NCBI RefSeq assembly: GCF_019464535.1
Contig: NZ_CP080507.1
Coordinates: 1,080,001 to 1,112,000 of the forward strand
DNA from: Horticoccus luteus
GTDB taxonomy: Bacteria; Verrucomicrobiota; Verrucomicrobiia; Opitutales; Opitutaceae
Length of the DNA stretch: 32,000 nucleotides
Reading direction: 5' to 3'
Within the stretch, counting starts at the first letter, position 1, and each line of letters begins with the position of its first letter. Shown here one piece after another: positions 27,832 through 32,000 of the stretch. A program made the translations under genes and the position numbers. The notes beneath the pieces are model-generated. The model ran no database searches. It had not been told where the DNA came from and worked only from the letters and a program-made list of their open reading frames with translations.

Positions 27832-28170
27832 ATGCCGACTTACGAGTATGTCTGCCCCAAATGCGGGCACGAATTTGAGCAGTTTCAATCCATGCGCGAC
27901 GAGCCGCTGAAGAAGTGCCCGAAGTGCAAGAAAATGGGATTGAAACGACTGGTCGGGAGTGGGGCGGGGCTGATTTTCAAAGGCAGCGGCTTCTACATCA
28001 CCGACTACAAAAACACGGCCGCCAAAACGGATGCAGCCAACGCCGCCAAGGCGGCGAGCCCGAAGACCGAAGCTCCCAAAAGTGAAGCTCCGAAGTCCGA
28101 CGCGGGCACGAAAAGCAGCGGCGGAAGTGAAAAGTCGGCGGCGAAAAGCAGCAGTAAAACGGCAAAATAA
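27832..28170 (+). CDS. FmdB-family zinc-ribbon protein (CxxC...CxxC) with a Lys/Ala/Ser-rich tail
   Basis: The protein starts MPTYEYVCPKCGHEFEQFQSMRDEPLKKCPKCK...GSGFYITDY. The low-complexity C-terminus contains PKTEAPKSEAPKSDA. Confidence 0.8.
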   Translation: MPTYEYVCPKCGHEFEQFQSMRDEPLKKCPKCKKMGLKRLVGSGAGLIFKGSGFYITDYKNTAAKTDAANAAKAASPKTEAPKSEAPKSDAGTKSSGGSEKSAAKSSSKTAK

Positions 28171-28176
28171 GTCTTT

Positions 28177-28803
28177 ATGTGCGCACACTCCTCCAGTGAT
28201 GAAGGCGGCAGTCTCACCGGCGTAATCGTCGCAGGTGCCGTGAGTGTGGTGGTGGGCGTGGCTCTATGCGTGGCCGTCATGGTCCTGACGCCGGTGCCCA
28301 TCGTGAAAGCACGGCCGGCGGATGCGGCGGCGGGCGCAGTCGTTTACATTTCCGGCACCGCGGATCGCAGCCGGGGAGCAGACTGGCAGGGGAAGGAGCG
28401 GGACTTCATCGCGGGGACGTCCGTCAAAGTGGTGGAGGACGAATTGAACCTCGCGGCCGCGGCGCAGACGAAGCCCGACGCAGCGAGCGCGCCACTCAAC
28501 TTTCGCATTCGCGACGGCGTTTTCCAGGTTGGCACGCCGCTCACGATTCCGGGCTTGGGGCAGACGGTGATTTTCCAAGCGCGCGGTGGATTCGCGCGGC
28601 ACGGCGACCGTTTCGCGCTGGACGCGCACGAGGTTTATCTGGGCGCCTGTCCGCTGCATCGGTTGCCGGGGGCCGCGGGGTTGGTGATGAACCGCATCGG
28701 CGCGAGCGCGCGGACGAGTTTGCCGGCGGAATTTCAAGCGGCGTGGTCGCGCCTGACCTCCGTGTCGATCGAAGGCGACACGCTGCAACTCGCGAGCCAG
28801 TGA
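28177..28803 (+). CDS. Hypothetical single-pass membrane protein
   Basis: Third-position G/C bias is strong in this frame. There is an N-terminal TM helix (GVIVAGAVSVVVGVALCVAVMVL). It starts 7 nt after the FmdB stop. I recognise no family. Confidence 0.5.
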   Translation: MCAHSSSDEGGSLTGVIVAGAVSVVVGVALCVAVMVLTPVPIVKARPADAAAGAVVYISGTADRSRGADWQGKERDFIAGTSVKVVEDELNLAAAAQTKPDAASAPLNFRIRDGVFQVGTPLTIPGLGQTVIFQARGGFARHGDRFALDAHEVYLGACPLHRLPGAAGLVMNRIGASARTSLPAEFQAAWSRLTSVSIEGDTLQLASQ

Positions 28804-28876
28804 GCGCGGTGCGTCCGGCGGCGCCGGCGGGGGAAGAACTTGCAGGCGTCGAGACGTTGGCCGCATAACCGGGCGC

Positions 28877-30430
28877 GTGTCGAAAAGCCTCAAGAACATT
28901 GGCATTGTCTCTGCGCTGACGGCGATTTCGCGCGTGCTGGGGCTCGTGCGGGATCAGTTGAGCGCGGCGATTTTTGGCACGAGCGTGATGAACTCGGCGT
29001 TCATCACGGCCTTTAATCTGCCGAATCTTTTTCGGCGGCTCCTGGGCGAGGGGTCGTTGACGGCGGCGATCGTGCCGACGTTGCAGGAGGAGTTGCACGA
29101 GAGCGGCCGGCCGGGGGCTTACCTGTTGCTGAGCAAAGTCACGAGCTGGCTGCTCGTGGTGACGGGAACGCTGGTGTTGCTCGCGATGATCGCGTTCAGC
29201 CAGTCACGGCTGCTGCCGGGGCATGACGAGAAATGGTATCTCGCGGCCGATCTGACGGTGATTCTGTTTCCGTATCTGGCGTTTGTGTGCCTCGCGGCGG
29301 CGTTCAACGCGACGCTGAACGTGTTTCAACGTTTCACGGAGCCGGCGTTGTCGCCGATCTGGCTGAACGTGACCATGATCATTTCGCTCGGCGGCGCGGG
29401 GTTGCATTGGGCGGACACGGATTTGGGGCGGATGCATTGGTTGTGCGCGGGCGTGCTGGCGGGCGGATTTTTCCAGATGGCGGTGCCGGCGGCCGTGTTG
29501 ATGCATGCGGGTTGGCGGCCGCGTCTGGACTTGGTGGCCTCGCCGCGGTTGAGAGAGATCGGGCGTTTGATGGCGCCGGGGCTGTTTGGGACGGCGATTT
29601 ATCAGATCAACGTTTTCGTTTCGCGGCTGCTCGCGTTTTCGTTGAACGACTCGGCGGCGTCGGTGCTCTTTTATGCGAACCGGCTGGTGGAGCTGCCGAT
29701 CGGGGTGTTTGCGATCGCGGTGGCGACGGTGGTCTACCCGCTGATCGCGAAACATGCGGTGCAACGCGACTTCGCCTCGATGGCGGAAGACTACCAGAAA
29801 GGCATGCGGGTGATTCTCGTGATCAACGTGCCGGCGGCGGCGGGTTTGGTGCTGTTAAACGAGCCGATCGTGCGCCTGCTGTTTCAACGCGGGGCGTTTA
29901 CGGCGGAGGATACCGCGCACATGGCGCCGTTGCTGGCCCTGTTTGCGCTGGGCATGCCGTTTTTCTCGGTGGTGAGTCTGACGACGCGTTCGTTCTATGC
30001 GATGAAGGACATGCTGACGCCGGTGATCGTAGCGGGCATCAGTTTTCTGGTGAATCTGGGCCTGAGTCTGCTGCTGATGCGGAGTCTGGAAGCGGCGGGG
30101 TTGGTGCTGGCGAGCACGGCGGCGATTGTTGTGCAGACGATCATTTTGCAGGCGTGGCTGGAAAAGCGGCTGCCGCAGTTGTCGTTCGCGCCATTGTGGA
30201 AGAGCGCGTGGAAGATCGTGGCGGGGACGGCGGTGATGGGCGGCATCGTGGTGGGCGGCCGCCATGCACTGAAGCGAGTCCTGCCGCCCGGGCATGTGCT
30301 GGATCTCTCCGTGGTGCTCGGCCTGATCGTGGTGGGCGCGATCAGCTACGGAATCGTGCTCTGGGTTTTGCGGATCGAAGGACGCGAGGACTTCGAAAAG
30401 ATGCTGGGACGCTTGCGGGGAAAAAAATGA
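28877..30430 (+). CDS. murJ: Lipid II flippase MurJ (MviN family)
   Basis: The N-terminus is SALTAISRVLGLVRDQLSAAIFGTSVMNSAFITAFNLPNLFRRLLGEGSLTAAIVP. The protein is 517 aa and polytopic. The start is GTG. Confidence 0.9.
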   Translation: MSKSLKNIGIVSALTAISRVLGLVRDQLSAAIFGTSVMNSAFITAFNLPNLFRRLLGEGSLTAAIVPTLQEELHESGRPGAYLLLSKVTSWLLVVTGTLVLLAMIAFSQSRLLPGHDEKWYLAADLTVILFPYLAFVCLAAAFNATLNVFQRFTEPALSPIWLNVTMIISLGGAGLHWADTDLGRMHWLCAGVLAGGFFQMAVPAAVLMHAGWRPRLDLVASPRLREIGRLMAPGLFGTAIYQINVFVSRLLAFSLNDSAASVLFYANRLVELPIGVFAIAVATVVYPLIAKHAVQRDFASMAEDYQKGMRVILVINVPAAAGLVLLNEPIVRLLFQRGAFTAEDTAHMAPLLALFALGMPFFSVVSLTTRSFYAMKDMLTPVIVAGISFLVNLGLSLLLMRSLEAAGLVLASTAAIVVQTIILQAWLEKRLPQLSFAPLWKSAWKIVAGTAVMGGIVVGGRHALKRVLPPGHVLDLSVVLGLIVVGAISYGIVLWVLRIEGREDFEKMLGRLRGKK

Positions 30431-30570
30431 AGGGCGGATGTTCGCGGGCGGAGGAGAGCGCGTGGCGAGGCGGGAGGAGCGGAGCGTGAGACGCAGATTT
30501 TCCGCTTCGTCCGCTGGCGCCCGGCCGCAAAACGTATTTGGTCAGTCCTCAATCACGTTTCCTCTTTTGT

Positions 30571-31641
30571 ATGTCCCATCTTTTTGACGCGTTACGAATC
30601 AAAGACATCACGTTGCGCAATCGCATCGGCGTTTCGCCCATGTGCCAGTATTCGTCGGACGACGGCGTGGCGAACGACTGGCATCTCGTGCATCTGGGCT
30701 CGCGGGCGGTGGGTGGCGCGAGTCTGGTGATCGCGGAGGCGACGGCGGTAGTGGCGGAAGGCCGCATCTCGCCAGGAGACGCCGGGATCTGGGCCGACAA
30801 GCACGTGGAACCGCTCGCGCGGATTAATCGCTTCGTGAAGGCGCATGGGGCGGTGCCCGGCCTGCAAATCGCCCATGCCGGGCGGAAGGCGAGCGCATCA
30901 CGCCCGTGGGAAGGCGATGCGCATCTGGCGGACGACGCGGGAGGCTGGCCGACGGTGGCGCCGAGCGCGGTCGCGTTTGGCGGCGCGTTGGACAAGGTGC
31001 CGGCGGCCTTGAGTCGCGAGCAGATTCGGGGCGTGCAGCAGGCGTTTGTCGCTGCGGCGCAGCGGGCGCTGGCCGCGGGCTATGAGTGGCTGGAGTTGCA
31101 CGGCGCGCACGGTTATCTGGCGCATGAATTTCTGTCACCGCTAGTCAACGCGCGGACCGACGAATACGGCGGGAGTTTTGAAAACCGCATCCGCTTCGTC
31201 GTGGAAATGACGCGCGCCGTGCGGGCGGTGTGGCCGGAGCGGCTGCCTTACGCGGTGCGACTCTCCTGCACCGATTGGGTGGAGGGCGGTTGGGACATCG
31301 AACAATCGATCGAACTCGCGCGGCGATTGAAGGCGGAGGGCGTCGACTTGATCGATTGCAGTTCAGGCGGGGCGGTGCCGCGCGTGAAGATCCCGGTCGG
31401 TCCGGGCTATCAGGTTTCCTTGGCGGAACGGATTCGGCGGGAGGCCGCCATCGCGACGGCGGCGGTGGGGATGATCACGGAGCCGGCGCAAGCGGACGAG
31501 ATCGTGCGCGCCGGAAAAGCCGACATGGTATTGCTCGCGCGGGAGATGCTGCGCGATCCCTATTGGCCGTGGCATGCGGCCAAGGCGTTGGGCCACCGCG
31601 ACGCGATCAAGCCGCCGGTGCAATACGAACGCGCGTTTTGA
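30571..31641 (+). CDS. NADH:flavin oxidoreductase, Old Yellow Enzyme family (YqjM/NamA-like)
   Basis: LRNRIGVSPMCQY, WHLVHLGSRAVGG, QIAHAGRKAS, ELHGAHGYLAHEFLSP and NARTDEYGGS are OYE motifs. The ATG at 30571 is preferred over the GTG at 30538. Confidence 0.85.
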   Translation: MSHLFDALRIKDITLRNRIGVSPMCQYSSDDGVANDWHLVHLGSRAVGGASLVIAEATAVVAEGRISPGDAGIWADKHVEPLARINRFVKAHGAVPGLQIAHAGRKASASRPWEGDAHLADDAGGWPTVAPSAVAFGGALDKVPAALSREQIRGVQQAFVAAAQRALAAGYEWLELHGAHGYLAHEFLSPLVNARTDEYGGSFENRIRFVVEMTRAVRAVWPERLPYAVRLSCTDWVEGGWDIEQSIELARRLKAEGVDLIDCSSGGAVPRVKIPVGPGYQVSLAERIRREAAIATAAVGMITEPAQADEIVRAGKADMVLLAREMLRDPYWPWHAAKALGHRDAIKPPVQYERAF

Positions 31642-31661
31642 CGGACGCGGCTCCGGAATTC

Positions 31662-32000
31662 ATGAACGCGCTCTCAAGCGAACAACTGGTCGCGCAAATG
31701 CGCTGGCGCTACGCTACGCGAAAATTCGATCGCGCGAAGAAGGTGCCGGACAAGGACTGGGCGGCGCTGGAGGAGGTGCTCGTGTTGACACCGTCCTCCA
31801 TCGGTTTGCAGCCGTGGAAGTTCATCGTCGTGACGGACCAGGCGGTCAAAGACCGGCTGGCGGTGGCGGCATGGAACCAGGCGCAGCCGGCAGACTGTTC
31901 GCATTTCGTGGTGTTCGCCGTGCATCGCGATCTCGGGACGGAGCACGTGGATCGCCACGTGGCACGAATGGGCGAAGTGAGAGGCCAGCCAACGGAAGCG
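31662..32000 (+). CDS. Nitroreductase-family NAD(P)H oxidoreductase, N-terminal 113 codons (3' end outside the window)
   Basis: My own translation is MNALSSEQLVAQMRWRYATRKFDRAKKVPDKDWAALEEVLVLTPSSIGLQPWKFIVVTDQAVKDRL.... RYATRKF and SSxGLQPW are typical FMN-site motifs of nitroreductases. The frame is open to the window end, which is why it is absent from the ORF track. Confidence 0.7.
   Translation, partial: MNALSSEQLVAQMRWRYATRKFDRAKKVPDKDWAALEEVLVLTPSSIGLQPWKFIVVTDQAVKDRLAVAAWNQAQPADCSHFVVFAVHRDLGTEHVDRHVARMGEVRGQPTEA

Noticed and set aside
27708-27833. 42-codon N-terminal extension of the ispA ORF.
   Set aside because: The extension (MINSSALWVPTRFLARLFSRRSAGRRAAG...) has no counterpart in polyprenyl synthases. 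It would also consume the divergent promoter region shared with the FmdB gene. The internal ATG at 27707 gives a family-typical length.

Overview
This is a high-GC (about 65% by eye) bacterial chromosomal segment. The protein repertoire looks Verrucomicrobiota/Opitutaceae-like, but that is inference only because no search was possible. I call 24 protein genes (two cut by the window edges), one tRNA-Val(CAC), and several hairpins and cis-elements. I recognised no CRISPR array, transposase, integrase, phage gene or defence-type gene.

Gene order:
- MFS/POT-like transporter (partial), GT2 glycosyltransferase, rhamnulokinase, OPT oligopeptide transporter.
- An envelope-signalling island at 6.1-13.5 kb: secreted EF-hand protein, CpxA-like histidine kinase, large secreted YHYH/Ig-like protein on the opposite strand, CpxR/OmpR-type response regulator, and a single-polypeptide MbnP-like + MbnH-like di-heme peroxidase fusion.
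- A tetrahydrofolate (THF) one-carbon/demethylation island at 13.5-22.3 kb: FAH-family hydrolase, AraC regulator, MTHFR fused to an MTHFR_C domain, LigM-like GcvT-fold demethylase, PurU, and a stand-alone GcvP.
- Housekeeping genes: nth, tRNA-Val, gap-pgk-tpiA, ispA, FmdB zinc-ribbon protein, a hypothetical membrane protein, murJ, an OYE flavin reductase, and a nitroreductase (partial).

The most interesting signal is a roughly 45-nt conserved element, (G/C)CTTAACAAT-N14/15-TCAT-N4-GCTTAAC. It is present exactly three times, each time in the sense orientation just upstream of the EF-hand, YHYH and MbnP-MbnH genes. It ties these genes to the split two-component system as one candidate regulon, possibly for metal, calcium or envelope stress.

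All family assignments rest on motif recognition from memory and need HMM/BLAST confirmation. The many long antisense ORFs in the track are high-GC artefacts.
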